DNA of 64,000 bases, from NCBI GenBank assembly GCA_964270895.1, contig OZ185435.1; one strand, 5' to 3'. How positions within the stretch are numbered: position 1 is the first letter of the stretch; every line of letters begins with the position of its first letter. The notes beneath the pieces are model-generated. The model had not been told where the DNA came from, searched no databases, and saw only the letters and a program-made list of their open reading frames with translations. The translations under genes were made by a program, and so were the position numbers. This document shows, in pieces, positions 24,870 through 39,800 of the stretch. The stretch comes from Podarcis filfolensis (lineage: Eukaryota).

Positions 24870-27800
24870 TTGCTTTCAACAGAAAGATAATAACCTCACT
24901 AGCATATTGTCACATTTGTTTAGTATCATGAGACCTGTAGAGAGATCTTAGTGGGACTGGTCTGAGGTGAGGGAGGAAAATGTGCTAGAATTTTCATACA
25001 TTCATTGCAAATGTATAAAGTCATTTATTTAAGAATTTAGTACCACAAAATCCTCAACCTTGAAACATTAATCTGTATACAGAAAGGCAGAATGCTAGGT
25101 TGTAAAAAAGTACAACTAATCACAAGTTTAATACAACAACTTTTTCCTCAGATTAGTTCGCTTTGTCTGCCACTGTCTCTGCCTTCACCTACTGCCGGTC
25201 TCCTTGCCTTTCTCCCTCCCAGTTCCAATGGGCACCAGCCACTACTAAAACGGTATACTACTAAAACAGAGGCAAACCCAAGTGAGTGGAAGAAAATGAG
25301 GAAGTTTGTCTCTATACCTAAACTGATTCATTTAATTAGATTCAGGGGGAAAGCAACAGGATAACTTTATAATACACTGAAGATACACTGTGGAGGGGGG
25401 AAAGTGCGTCTTATAGAGCGAAAAATATGGTAAGCAGTGAGCGCAAACTTTTAAGCAATTGAGATATGTGCTGATGGCAGTCTGTCCTTATCGACAATCT
25501 AGCCATAGCATTTTGTAGCAGCTGGAGCTTCTGGACCAGGCACAAGGGCAGCCCCAAATAGAGGGTGTTACAATAGTCAAGACTTGAGGTTACTAGTGCA
25601 TGAATCATCTTAGCCAGGCTATCCTTGTCCAAGAATGAGCTTGGTCAGCAAACGGCTAATAAACTTGGGACAGGAGGAACCTCTAGGGTTGCTTCCAGAA
25701 GACCTGCCCCAATATGTTTTCAGCGAGGCTAGACAAAATTGTGTCAAGCAAGCATTGTCCTACATTTTCCTCCAGTACGTTTCCCCCGTCACTTTCCCTT
25801 TCCTAAAAAAACAAAAAAGCCCAATCCTCTGAGGAACTGGGTTTGTTGAGCAAGACCTCAAATCTACTTTAATTGTGCAACTGGAATTTCCCAGTCTGTG
25901 ATTCAATCCCACCTGAAATAGCAACACTCTGCAAAGGGGTTTCAGGGAGCTTCCAGCCTCCACAAATCCCTTAATTGGGTAGAATTCGTGTTGCACTTCC
26001 CCCTTCTATCTTCTAGGGAAAGGGGCTAGAAATGTGGAAGGAAGGAAGGAGGCAAGGAGGCAATTCAGGGAGGTGGTATGAGTTTTTTCTAAGGGAATAA
26101 AGTCTCTAGAGTTCCCCTGTAGCTACCGTTAGAGGACAGAGGGGCAAGTTAATTCCAGGGGACAGAACTGCCTGCAAACCCAAGGCAAACTGCTGTCAGA
26201 ATGCACTGTTGCGTAGGCTGTCACCTCCTTTTTCCAAAGAACTACTGGAGCCAGGGACAGGGCAGCTTAACATGTCCCTCCCTATGCGAGGTACAGCAGG
26301 GTGGGACTGACACTGGCCCTACACTTCTGTGATTAAAAGATCACACTGTTTTCAGATTATTTTAGGCAAATTCACACCCTTGACCTAATTGTGAAACTAT
26401 TAAGGAAGGGGAGGGGGGAATCAAGAACAGTACATATAATGAGCAGTCTTTGTGAAATTGCCCTGAGATTGCCAATTAGCTGATTTAAGGAAGATTCACT
26501 AATGAGAAGGGAGGTATCAACATGAACAACTGGCACAAGCATAGGTTAGTCATTGTCGACAGGGAATACAACTGCAGCATTTTAAAACACTGACTACGTG
26601 ACGAACAATACTCTGAGGAATCTATAGGGCTGGGGACCTGGTCCATGTACAACTCAGTTTATTTAGTACCACTGATAATTTGTAAATGTTTTTAGAGTGA
26701 TGTTATACAAAAATATGAATGCGCGAAGGCCAGTGTGTGAATAATTTATTTGGTGACAGTTTTATTTCTTCACATTTTGAAGTACCAAGCCAAGAGGGAA
26801 TAGTAACAGTAGCTGCAGAGGAGGAATATGGAGGAAAAGATTCCTAATGTCTTTATGATTTAACCTATAGATGTTGTATACTGTTTTACAAAGAGCAAAT
26901 ATGCAGAATTTTAAGATCTAATTGATTAAAATCTGAACTTCTCTACTAAGTAAACATGATAAAATACCTGTAATTTAATACCCTTCTGCAAAAGGTGGGT
27001 ATTACTAACCCAAAATCACATCCAATCCTGAATAACGTCTGAATTTGTGAATATTCCCTACCCACAAACACACACAAAAAACTTTTTTCACTATTTGTGA
27101 GTGAATTATTGGGCAAAATGGATTAGAATAAGGAAGTTCCTTTCTCTAAAACAACAAATAAAACATTAAAACTCATGGAACACATACACCACGGCCTCTT
27201 TCTACATTGTGCATCAGCAAGCAAATCCCAGAGTACATAATAAAATTTACTGGCTCAATAGTAAAACTTCATGCTAAATATGCGTTAAGGATTTCTTGCT
27301 CCTTTGATACTTTCTAACCTTCCAGTCATGATTCCAGGGCTATATCACTTCCACTGTGTACATTAATATAAAATTTCTGCCTGCTTCATTTATATTCCTA
27401 AGATAGCCTATGCTAATAGAAGAAGCTACTGTATAATTCAAACTTTATCTTATCTTCTACTATGCATATGTAACAATTCCACTTGCCTCCTCCACTGGAG
27501 ACCTGTACAAAGCCCTAATGTCCCAGCAATGGCACCAATCAAGAATCTTTCTTCTTTGCTGACCTGAATGGCCTTAGAATTATGTTTCTCTGGCACTTAC
27601 TTTCTTTATTATTTAATTTTATCCAGGCTCCAATTTACATAAAAGCTGTTGGATCTCACCATTCTTTATATACCAAAGATATTCCAGAAACTCTATGCTA
27701 CATTTTCCTTGACTGCTCTGCACAGGTGTTGCAGGCAGATCTTAAGCGGAGAGCCCTGTATCTCAGGTACTGATTGAGGGATACCTATATGGGCTGGAGG

Positions 27801-30800
27801 AAGCATTGCAAACAATTCCAGGTAGAAAAATCACTTAACAGTTCCTAATCCCTCCTGGTCTGAGAAAACACGTGACAATAGAGTAACAGTTCAGTTCTTA
27901 TTGCTCTTGAGCAGAAATGCTCTTTCTAGACACTTCTGTTTGCTTGACAGACAATGGATGGGAATTTTTGTTTCAAAATTTGCAATTTCTAATTGGCAGC
28001 TGGGTGTCAGAGAGAAAATGATATTTTCTTCCTAAGCCTTGCATAGTAGAACTGAGCATTCTGTATACCATCCACACAACTTCCGATTTTCTATGTGCTG
28101 GAGTCTTTCTGCTTATCTTACAGTCAAAAGCCCATGAAGGACAGCCGCAATAAAAAAATTAATGGCCAGCATAAAAGTTAATGGTTCTTGTTTATTACAA
28201 TACTAAGAGACACCAGCACAACTATCTGTCCTTATAAGAATAAGTACTGTATACTGAACTAAGAAAGCAACAAATTCAGATGGGGAACATTAAGAAAATA
28301 CAGAAAATTGCAAGAGAGGTCACATATTACCTCTTATGCTTGTGTTTTAATACAAAGCCATTAATAATTTATTAATTACATCAAAAAAATGAGGGGGGAG
28401 CAATGCAACCCACAGAATCACCTATCTAAAGCTCTTTACAGCAGGGTTTCCTGTTCCTGCTAGCTAGGGGTGATGGGAGTTGTAGTCCAAAAACAGCTGG
28501 AGACTCAAATTTTGGAAACCCTGCTCTATAAAAATAGGGTTCAGCATATACTCGACCATTCCTTTTAAGAGAAAGGTATGACTCCATTCATATAACAACA
28601 ATTACGTCCCTAAAATGTATTTGACTTTTGCTTTTTGCTAACATAGGCAAAAATGGAGAAGTCATTAGTTTGTAACATCAGCATTTGAAAGTTGTTGCAC
28701 TGTCATCTATTTTTCCAACATCCACAGTACTGTATGTTGCACAGCACACTCCAGGGCTGACCACCATCCCTCTCCTGGTGTCAAGAGATAATAGTAATTC
28801 TGAGGTCTGATCAATAGGCAGGAAAAAAGAGAATGTTATCCCAACAGACATACTGCTTCTCAACTCTTTTATCATCATATTACAGCTTAATACATTCATA
28901 AATAAAGTACCAATCATCTCAAGGAAATGGCAAATCGCTAAACAGGGGAAAGATGGCAGACATGGGAACATTCTTCATACGCAAAAAAAACAAACTTATC
29001 ACTTCATGCTGCCATTCTGCCAATTGACACTACTCCTCACGACTTGCCTTTTTATGGTAGAGGTGGAAATTATGTGAGAAATGAGAAAATATATACCAAA
29101 TACTCACCTGTTTTTGGGTTCTACAAACGGAGAAGATCCATCCGTATCAGCATCCAAAATATGATCTATTTCATTTTGTGCTTTTTCATACATCTTTTTT
29201 CTGTCTGCTAAGCCCTTGTTATTATCAACTTGGGGAAAGTCATAATAGCCTTTTCGCTTGGCTTTCAGGCGTAATTTGTTGCGATAGTGCTCTATATCAG
29301 ATTTCTGCTTCAAGGCTTTGTTAACCTGACAAACAAAAAATACTTATTATAATCAAATCTATTTGTTCAGATTAACCCTCTGATTAAGGCTTGTTGACTT
29401 TTGGCCAATTATTTTATAGCCTATAGATTATGTATGAGTAGGCATTTAAGTTTCCTTTTTGGTAGAATTGGCAACTATCCCTAGATGAAACCTCAGGCAG
29501 TAGTGTCTAATCCATAGTTTACAATGGTGATAAAAATGGGACACTATCCTCAACTACCTATGCCAGACCTCAGCATCAGGCAAATCTCAAAATAACAAGG
29601 AAGTCTGACAGTTCTCCTACATTCAACTCCCAGCTCACTTCTGCAAATCATGTTAACAGTCTACTCACATTGGCAGTGAAATGTCATAGCAATGAATGCA
29701 TGCAAGATCACTGCTCTAAGTGCCTATAATGGAAAATCGTACATTGCAAGTTTTTTCCCAGGTTATGGAAGAAGAACCTCAAACTCATCTGTGTTCATTA
29801 CCATTACTAACATGAGCAGACCACATGTGTGAGCAGTGATTTACAGCAGGGAGTAGGCAGCTGACAGTGGGGAATTTCAATCTGTTTTATTTATAACAGC
29901 ATTCACTTTAGCCAATGAAAATGTGAGTTCATGATCTGGATTGGCTCTTATCACAATGTGCAGAAATGTGAAGATGTAACTAGCCCTTTCTCTATACTGA
30001 GAATAGACAAAATAGTGCTCTGCAGATGATGCTGAACTACAGCTCCCATCATCCCTGATTGTTGACCATGCTAGCTGTGGTTGATGGGGGGTACTATGTT
30101 GGCTACCCCTGCCCTATACCTTAGGCTATATCCCTCCAACCACAACTTTGCATCAAAAGTAAGTTTTTAAACAAATAGGTCTTTTATGTAAAGTATGCAT
30201 TCATTGCACAAACAGGTCCTCCTGTATGGAACGCTGAATAAAATAAGGAAAGGCTGCCCCCTTTCCATTTCATTATGTGCAAATAGTGGGAATTTCCCCC
30301 TCTTGCAGGTCTTCAGTGTCAATTGACAAATATCAAATATACATCAGTTTAAATATGAATGTGGAAAGAAATATGGGGAGACCGGGGAGTCCTGGACTGG
30401 GAATACTCCCCTGGACGGAGCCAATTCTGTAACTTAGGAGTGCTCCTGGGTCCCACACTGTCACTCACTGGAGACTCAGGTGGCCTTTATGGGCTAGAAA
30501 TGCCTTTCTCAACTATGGCTGGTTTGCCAGCTGCAGTCCTTTTGGGGCAGAGATGACATGGTCACGGTACTCTATGCTCTGCCAACTTCCAAGTTGGATT
30601 ACTGCAATGTGCTTTACATGGGGCTGCCCTTGAAGACAACTGGGAAACTCCTGTATACTGGAGACTCAAGTGGCCAACTCTGACTCATTTGCCAGCTATG
30701 GCCTCTTTTGGACTAATGATTTGCTGCTGTAATCTTTACTTCCGGGTCATGTGGCCAGCATGACAAAGCCGCTTCTGGCGAACCAGAGCAGCGCACGGAA

Positions 30801-33800
30801 ACGCCATTTACCTTCCCGCCGGAGCGGTACCTATTTATCTACTTGCACTTTGGCGTGCTTTCGAACTGCTAGGTTGACAGGAGTAACTTACATTACTTTA
30901 AAGTTAAATGTAATTAAATATATATGGTGCTTCGATGGGGTGGGGGATTGTTGATTATTGACTGCTGCTCCTTGTACAAGTAAGTGAAAGCAAGAAAATG
31001 TTTTTTGGGTGGAGAACTCGCAAAACCACTGTTCTAAAACAGCTGCTCTGGTTGCTACTTCACTTCTGATCCCAATGCAAATTGCTCACCTATGTGTTTG
31101 TAGCCCTGAAAAACTTAGGCCACCAAATATGTGATAATCACCTCCATCCCTGCACACATTCTTAAATTCTAAGATCAACAGAGGGGGCCCTCTTCATAGT
31201 TTTGCTGTTCTTCTTCTTCCATTTGTCATACATACTGAGTAGTATGACTATGGATAATTTTTGCATAAGGCAATACAAAAAGGATAAAATAACTTTTTGC
31301 ATGATTTCACCATAATGAAATTACCCCATTTTAGCAGTCCCAAAAGGCAACAGAGGACACTCCCCCCTCTCTTTTTTTCATCCTTCCCTTCAGAGATTGC
31401 AACCACAACCTGAATGGTCTTTGGCTGACATTTTCCCTTTTCTTAGGCAACTCCACATACAACCTGTCAACACCACAAGTCACAAAACATTCCCCACCAG
31501 GGGTTAGCTTTCCAACCAGTGTCAATCGGATCTGGTAGCCAAGTGCTCCTCTGAGCACTTGCTTTAAAGACCTGCCAATGCATAAATGATTACACAACTT
31601 TATTGGATATAATCTTACCTCTCCGTTAAGGACAGCGGTTTCCTGATTCCTGTCTGAAGATGTGTGTGCGGGAGGCAAAGCTACAGGCTTTATGGCAATC
31701 AACTGTACAGATCCAGAAGATGTGTCGAAGGGATCAATGGCAGACTTGGCAATGCTATCAAAGAGCATATCTCCCTCCTCTTCATCACTTATGGGCACTA
31801 AAACATATTAGGATTAAGTCAGCATATGGTTTGGGCATTTCAATTCTGAGTTGGTGAGGAGGAAAGTGAAAATGAATTGCATGTAATCCTGGGGTCCCCA
31901 ACATGTCCCTGTGAGTACCACAACACCCCAGAAACAGATATCCCTGCTACTCACCAAAGCCCTCTTGACCCTTCTCATTTTTAAAAAAATAAGTTTTGGC
32001 CTTTTATGGTTGTTTCATTGGGGGTTGTCTAATTTTTTGTCTATTTATTTTGGGATAGGTGTGCATGTTTTGCCTGGGGGTTCTGGGTATCACTGGTTAT
32101 TGTCAGTGAAATATGTATTTTTGGGTGGGGCCACAATGGTTTTGTGGATTTCGAAATGTGCCTCCATGCTCCAAAAAGGTTGGGGACCCCAGATTGTAAT
32201 AAACACTTTCTGTATATGAGCCTCCTATATTTAAAATCACTGGCATTAGATTTCAAATCCAATGAATCTTTTGTGGGTTTTGTCATGCAAGGCATTATGA
32301 TTTAAGCAGACACTTCAATAAAGGAGGGTTTACTTTAAAACAGGCTGTGCTGCTGAACATACAGGTAAATCATATGAAACAAATGCATTAAACTCCAAAC
32401 AATTAAGGGAGGTGTTGCATATGGAAGGCTAAACAATATTTTGTGACACTGAGTTGGCATAGCAATGTGTACAGTGTGGGGTATTTACAACGGTAAATGG
32501 GTGAAATTCAATTGCATACGAGCCTTCAGGTGGTCCAATTAAAGTGAATTTGGTGCTCTTGTGCAACAAACCCTCTTTTTAAAAACAAAACAAAACAGAC
32601 TTTTTGATGTTAGGAAAGTGATGAGTAAATGCACCGGAAAGTGTGCAACAACAATTGCTTGATGCAAAATCATATTATCTCCCTGTAAACAGATCATAAC
32701 CAATATCATATACCTCCCAGCAAACTTTGTGGACACAATCAGGATGAATGCAAAATAAACTGGTCATCTGAATGCTATCCTAACAAGTACCTGCAACCTG
32801 GTTCAATGAGTCTTATGCCTGATTCAGGTATCAAGATGATGGTGAATGAGTACCTCTACTACTACTACATTCCTTGCATTCTCTCCCTCTCATCTCCTCC
32901 TCAGCAAGTGAGAGAAGAGAGAGAGAAAGCTTTCACTTTAAAACAAACCTCTGATCCCAAATATGTACAATCTCAAGGAACTGTGGTTTTCTTCTAACCA
33001 CAGCTGGTCAAAACTACAGGTTCCAGACACTAAGAAGAGAAGAGGAGGAAGGAGGAACAAGATAGCCACCCATGTATTTTGTTCCCCTACATGCCCACCC
33101 ACCCAAAAGTAGAGATCCTATCAAACTAGTTTAATTAATTCTGTTATGTAACCGAGTGATATTTGTGCTGTATCCAGTATAATCAAAGAATAAATTACTG
33201 TCGGGTTGGCATTTTCAAACCTGTATTTCCGAAGATTTAGTTCCTCTGAAAATTTATTGTTCTTTTAATTACTGTAAGAATTACAGTGCAAGTCGATTTA
33301 TGCCATCAAGATATGAAGTTGGTCTGTTCCAACAATGCCTGCATTATACGTTCAGAGTGATCTGAAGCTCATGTACACACACAGGAAATATATCTCTATA
33401 GCAGCTGTGACAGGAACTTACTTAAATTGTTGAGAAGTATAAAGGTTATCTCAGGCTTCTTCTTATTAATTTCCTTATGGTTTGCAAAATTGTGCATAAA
33501 AAGTTCTCCTAGATGCTTTTGGAAAAGAACTGCACATTTTTCTAACAAATATATATAGGAGATTGGGATGAAGAGTGGCACAGGTAGGCATTGCCAAATA
33601 GCTTTCTACCAATGGGGAGGATATTTTTGTTCATTGAAATATGAAACTTAGCCTCTATTTTACTTCAGTTTAACATTATTTCTTTAACAATACACAAATT
33701 GCATAATTTATAAAATAAATGACACATTACAAGAACCACAATGAGGCTTTTGGTCTAAGAAGCAGGAAAGCATATCATTATGAGGAGGACTTTCTCAGAC

Positions 33801-36800
33801 TGGGGAAGGGTGATTTTCAGTGGCAGCTACGAACGCATAAAAGAGAAGAGATACTTAAGCAATTCAGGTAGTATGGAGATATTCCCAGCTTCTACGGAAA
33901 ATTGTATTTCCCCCAGTCTGTGGGTTATTCAAATGTAGAAGATGGGAATTCTCACACTCATCTATTCCGCCAAATACAGGGCTTCTCTTTGTCTCTTACA
34001 TTCCTGGCTCCAACTACAAATCCTCCCTTCCAAATCACAAAACAGAGCCTGCTCACATGTGTAAAGAACTCAACGTCATAACTTGTTTGACTTACAGCAC
34101 AAGCCTAACCATGTCTGATCAGAAACAAACCCTACTGAAATCAATGGTGTTTACTTCCAGGTGAGTTTAGATTTCAGCCTTTGTTAGCTTGCAGTCAGTG
34201 GGCTCTTGTGTCTTTCTATACAGTAGATTTCTATGAGAGTCAGGGAACCTGGGTTATGTTTGTATCAAATTCCAATTTTTGTCAATCACCAGAGCAATTA
34301 CAATACCTTCTATCCCCACCTCTCTCATTCATACATACATGCACACACCATAATGACATGGCGAATACATGAGATAAGAAAGTTCTGACACAACAGAATG
34401 GATTGTAGAATTTAGATTGGGTGGGGAGGTCCATTTTTAAATCCACATACATATCCATTTAAAAGCCCTCCAGCAAAAACTGGACAAAGAAAAACTGGAC
34501 AAGAAAAGGAAAAGGTTCCAGAAAGCTCTCTATCTGTTCTGCCTATTTTCTATTTGTAGTGAGCTGTTCTTTTTTTCTTTTTCTTTTCTCTATATGGGGA
34601 AGGTGTTCAAAACAATATTCTAATATTTTGACTGATCCATTCTACCACCTTGGGAACCTTTGACTTCATTATGCTACACAGAGACCGAGCACATGTGATT
34701 GAAGATAAGTTTGACAAATGTTGACATTCCAAAAACCCTGATTTGCCCAATTTTTCACAGTTCATCTGTGATTGCAGAATGTTTAGATAATGTTTTGTAC
34801 CTATCAAGTTCAATTTTAGCTGTATTTTAAAAAATAAACTTTATTCTTACAACATAATAGATGCACCTTATTCTTTTATGTTTTTATCACCCTTCTCTTT
34901 GTCCATGTTTTTTTTTAGATTGAAAGCCTGTAAGGTCTGAAAGTAGTATACTTAGGTGTAGGTGCTATACAAATAATGAATATTATTGTACCATTATCAT
35001 CATCTTCATCACTACCATCACGATCTAGGGTGCTTCACTCTTGGAGAAACTTTGACACAGTGATGCAAAATCCTTTTATTCTGGTTTGGGCAGCTACCTG
35101 AGAAAGTTAATGGAACCTAATGGAAGAAAAGAAATCCACTGGATTTCTTATTAGCAGTATTGGTAGCATTTGCATGTGTGGAAGACAGATGTTGGCAACT
35201 GGAAAGTTTACCCAAGACAATAACATGGGGTAGGCTCCAAGGAAGAATTTAAGGGTCACAACTCAACCAAATTATGTTAAGATATTTATAGAGTCCTTTC
35301 TGCTTCATTTTCTGTTTAGAAATTATACAGTCCATTTGACTGGCAAAGTGCCAATTAACACTGAAAACTGCAGGATGGGTGGGTGGGTGTTTTTTGGGGG
35401 GATTCCCTTTCAAAAAGGCATGCAATTTCAAGGGCATTGAATCTGTTATAAATTCTTTTATGAAAACTTGCAGCATAATAGCATTTTCTAAATTATTTTC
35501 AGACTTTGTTTTACAGCAGAATTCTATATATATGTCTGCTCAGAAGCAAGTTGTATTGAGTCCAATAGTGCTTACTCTCAGGGAGATGGTTACAGGATTG
35601 CTGCCTTATACTCTTATACCATTTCAGTTGTAGTAATTCATATGACTACTAAACCTGGAGGTCAGCGTAGTGATCTCTGGCCAAATCCATTTATCAGAGA
35701 CTGTAGACTAAGGGGATGATCTGATGTTATCACTAGGCCTATTCTTAAACCCATCAGAGCTACTTTGGGGCTACATTCCTGTAAATGGAATCTTAACTGT
35801 TGTAACTACCATAGTCTTCAACATACATTTGTTGACAACCACAGAAACTGAAAAGTACTAGAGATCTCAGATGCTGTTATTCATTCACACATTATTTCAC
35901 TCACTTGAATGACACAGTTCCCATGAGTGCAAAAAAGTATTCACCGCAACATATGAACAGATTATATTGGATAAGGGATAAAGAAGAAAATAACTATGTC
36001 AAGGCAGTAGTCCTATAAAAACTAAAACTGCAATCCTAATCCCATTAACCTGAGATCAGGTCCCACTGAATTCAATGGGATTTACTTCTGAGTAGATCTA
36101 GTTAGGGCTACAACTACCTTGAGAATTCAGTAAACATGTACAAGACTGGGCTACACTTCTTTGGGTATAAAATGACCAGACATCACCATGACATTAGTAA
36201 ACACATCCTAATAATGTGTTTTATGTGTTTCCTATCCTGTTCTCTAAAGACTTGATTTGAATCGACCACATACATAATAAGCAAGCCCAGTTCCTTCATC
36301 TAGTCAGAATCCTGCTCTTTGATTTTTTTTCAACATTATATGTCATGTTTCAGCACAAACTTCAAGCTAGCCTTAAAATACAGACTCAACACATATCTTA
36401 AGAAGAAAACAACGCCAAAATTAATTATTTAAATGTGAGAAAATCTGAGCCTTAAACTATGATAATACTGTATAAGAAAGCTGGAAAAGGAATTTCTCTC
36501 ATCCTTGGAACAGAATACTTGTTCGGTAAATGTCACTTAAATTACAAATCTGACTTTATTCTTGTGTTTCATCTCACTGACACATGAGCGATAAAATCAA
36601 GATGTGGTTTACAAATGTTGGCAAAGTTAAGCTGTCATTTAGATGGCAATGAACTGTAAGCAAACACTGTGGGCAGTTTTATGTTTGGTCTTATCTATCT
36701 CTTTCACAGTGACTTCACAAAGTTTGCTCAGAAGAATCTGATTAAGCTCCACAATCATCAACATGTAAATCACCAATAGGCTCTCACAAGTGCATGGAGC

Positions 36801-39800
36801 CTATTATGGGGCTGGGGCAAAATACTGGATTGCCCACATTCGCCATAATTTCACAAAAAACTATCTTGACAGCAGAAAGTACAGCATGTTCAGAATTTTG
36901 AAATGTACTTGAATAGACTACTGCAAACTTAATTCTAAAGGCCTTCACTTAAAATTGTGGAGCCTTAATGAGTTTTTTTTTTATTCCTATGGAAAAACAT
37001 GTTCATCTTTATGAGGAGGGCAACAGCTGTTTGTGTACGTTGCGTATTGTAATGAAGGGGGAAAGGGAAACAGCCTTCAGCTAAAGCTATTATTTTACTT
37101 TGCTTGTACACGGCTCTACAGTGTCCTTTTATATTCATTTCATCCTCCTACTCATTTCCAAAGCACAGCAACACTAACCATTTACTAGAGGAGGAAGGAG
37201 CTAGTTACTATAGAAACTAAAATTTCACTGAAATATTCTGCATATTGCACTGGCACTTTTCTGTTGAGATTAATCATATTTCTAAAAAAGCACTACCTCT
37301 TAGGATTGCAGAGAGTCTCACGCAGCCCACCCCATCTACCTACAACTGATAGAACAAACAATCTGAGATCAAGGCGTGTTGGTGGAGAAGGCAGCTAAGC
37401 TGGAAAGGCTCTCAGGCTAGCCTTGGGAGCTCAGACACCACATGCACAGGTTTCAAGACCACGTGACACTGTTCATCGAAGTGTTCTTTGCTGTTTCCAT
37501 GTGTGTAAATGCAGCAGGTGATAAAGAAACCCTTGGAAAATGAATTTGCAAACACACACCCATTAAGGATCATTAAGAGCCCTTGTGGGTCAGGCCAGTG
37601 GCCATCTCATCTAGCACCCTGTTCTCACAGGATGTCCTAAAAGGTGCCTATAGGAAGCAAGGCCTGAGCTGCACTCTCCCCACTCCCAGCAACTCATAGA
37701 TAAAGGGATACTGCTTCCAGCAGTGGTGGGAGAACTTAACCTTATCTTCCATGAACTCACCTAAGCCTCCCCAGCAGAAGCAAATTCCGTATTTTAATTA
37801 TGTGCTCTGTTTGAAGATGTGCTTCTTTTTATTTGTCTTGAAACTCCCAACATTCAGCTTCAATGGGTGATCCCGAGTTCTAGTATCCATGATAAATGGA
37901 TAAAAACATTTCTCTACACCATGCATAGTCTTGTACACTTCTATCACATTCTCACTTAACTTGCCTTTTCTCTAAATTGAAAAGTCCCAAATGTTGCAAC
38001 CTTTCCATACTGGGAAGTTGCTCCATCCCTTGATCAGTTTTGTTTCCAACACTTCAGTATCCTTTGATGTGAACTGTACACAGTATTCCAAGTGTAGTAT
38101 AGATCTGCATTCTGATATTGGCAGTTTTATTTTTAGTCCCTTTGCTAATGATCCCGGATATGGGATTCACCTTTTCCACAGCAGCCACACAGTCTTCATC
38201 AGGTCACAATCTTCTTTGAGCGACCCTACAACCCTAAGGACTTGTTCCTTGTTAGTGACTGTCAGCCAAGAACGCATCAGTGTATACGGGAATCTAAGAT
38301 ATTTTGCCCCAATGTATATCACTTTACACTTGTTTACAATGATCTCATTATTTTAGTACTCATTTATCAAGTTTGGAGATACCAATACCAATCTTCTGGG
38401 GACTTTATTTTCTACATCCCTCTATTGGGAGAACTGTCCATTTCTTCCTACTCTCTGGTTCCTGTTCTTTAGGCAGTTACTGATCCATAAGGGTACCTGC
38501 CCTCTCATTCCATGACTACAAATCTTACTTAGGAACCTTTGGTGACATACTTTATTGAAAGCTTTTTAAATGTCTATAGACACAATTATTGTCTGCCAAT
38601 GACTCAATGCAAGATACTGCATAACTCAAATTAAAACCACAGGTACTTTTCATCATAAAATCCTTTGCTGCTAATTGATAGCATTTTCTTCCTCAAAACA
38701 AAAGGTATATGAGAAAACCTTCATGAATGATACCTCCACATGAGCAGGCACCAACATGGAGAGCCCAGCTCACATGTCATATCATCTGACTGGTGAAAGG
38801 TTGGGGGAGAGGAGAGAGAGAAAGAGACGGAGATGCATCATTCCTCCATCACGCAAAAAAAGTCCAGAAACAGAAACTTTGCCAACTCTATATTCATTGG
38901 CCAGGATTAAACTTAAGCTACAGCAGCACATCCACGAAAAGGAACACAATTTTTAATATTATGAAGAAGCACATTCAGAATCTGGCTGTAGCAAACATTG
39001 CTCTGTCTTTATTAGCAGGAAAGTGAGCAGGAAAACACAGTGACCCGTGAAGACGTGATCTATAAAAGACAGTGATTTTAAATTAATCTTCTATTAAAAA
39101 TCCTAACAAGCAATTCTAACAATGAATAGAAAGTCATCTCTCCCAAAATGTTAAGGGTGGTGTTCAACTAAATTGCCCAGTAGCCCAAGGACCTCAGCCT
39201 ATGGAATGGAACTTCCTATCCCTCCCCTTCCCTAATCTTCTCTGGATGGTTGGGGAGGGGGGAACCTAGAGCAGATCTGGAGGGGGCATGGGAAGAAGAA
39301 GTCTCGTTGCACAGGCCAAAGGCCTTGTGCCAATGAAACAGCTTTATTAGCTACATCGCTTGGCCTTTCAGTGAAGTGTTTCTTGAATGTACATTTCAAC
39401 TGTTTCCTATTTGTGTGCTTATCTGCACCTGAATGAGGGACGCTTTTAAGCAGAGCTGCACTAAAGTTTATACTTTAAAAGTAACCAAAAGTTATCACTT
39501 TCCTCTGTTAACTAAATGCCAGAAGAACAGATTCTAAAATTGGTCTGTTACTATGACAACTGATGAACCAATCTTAACTTTGAGTCTGTATCAACCAAAG
39601 TGAATAACAAAGAGATTCTGATTTTGAGATCCTGCATTTTCTGAAATACATTAAAAACTGAAAAAAAATACATTAAAGGCTTAGCAAGATAGCTAAAGTG
39701 TGCTCCAGCTTATACTTTGCTTCTTGGGTCTTGCAGCTTGCTAATAAAGCTGTGTACATACCATACAAGTAAAACACATTTGAAGCCGATACGCCCCCAA

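Noticed and set aside
25411-25632. 73-aa RT-like ORF as a functional gene
   Set aside because: It is a short L2 fragment that runs into a mariner TIR.
31798-31845. Alternative acceptor 48 nt upstream of exon 8
   Set aside because: The extension has an in-frame TAA and no other support.
36775-36805. 9-bp hairpin AATAGGCTC / GAGCCTATT
   Set aside because: Stems of this size are expected by chance in 64 kb.
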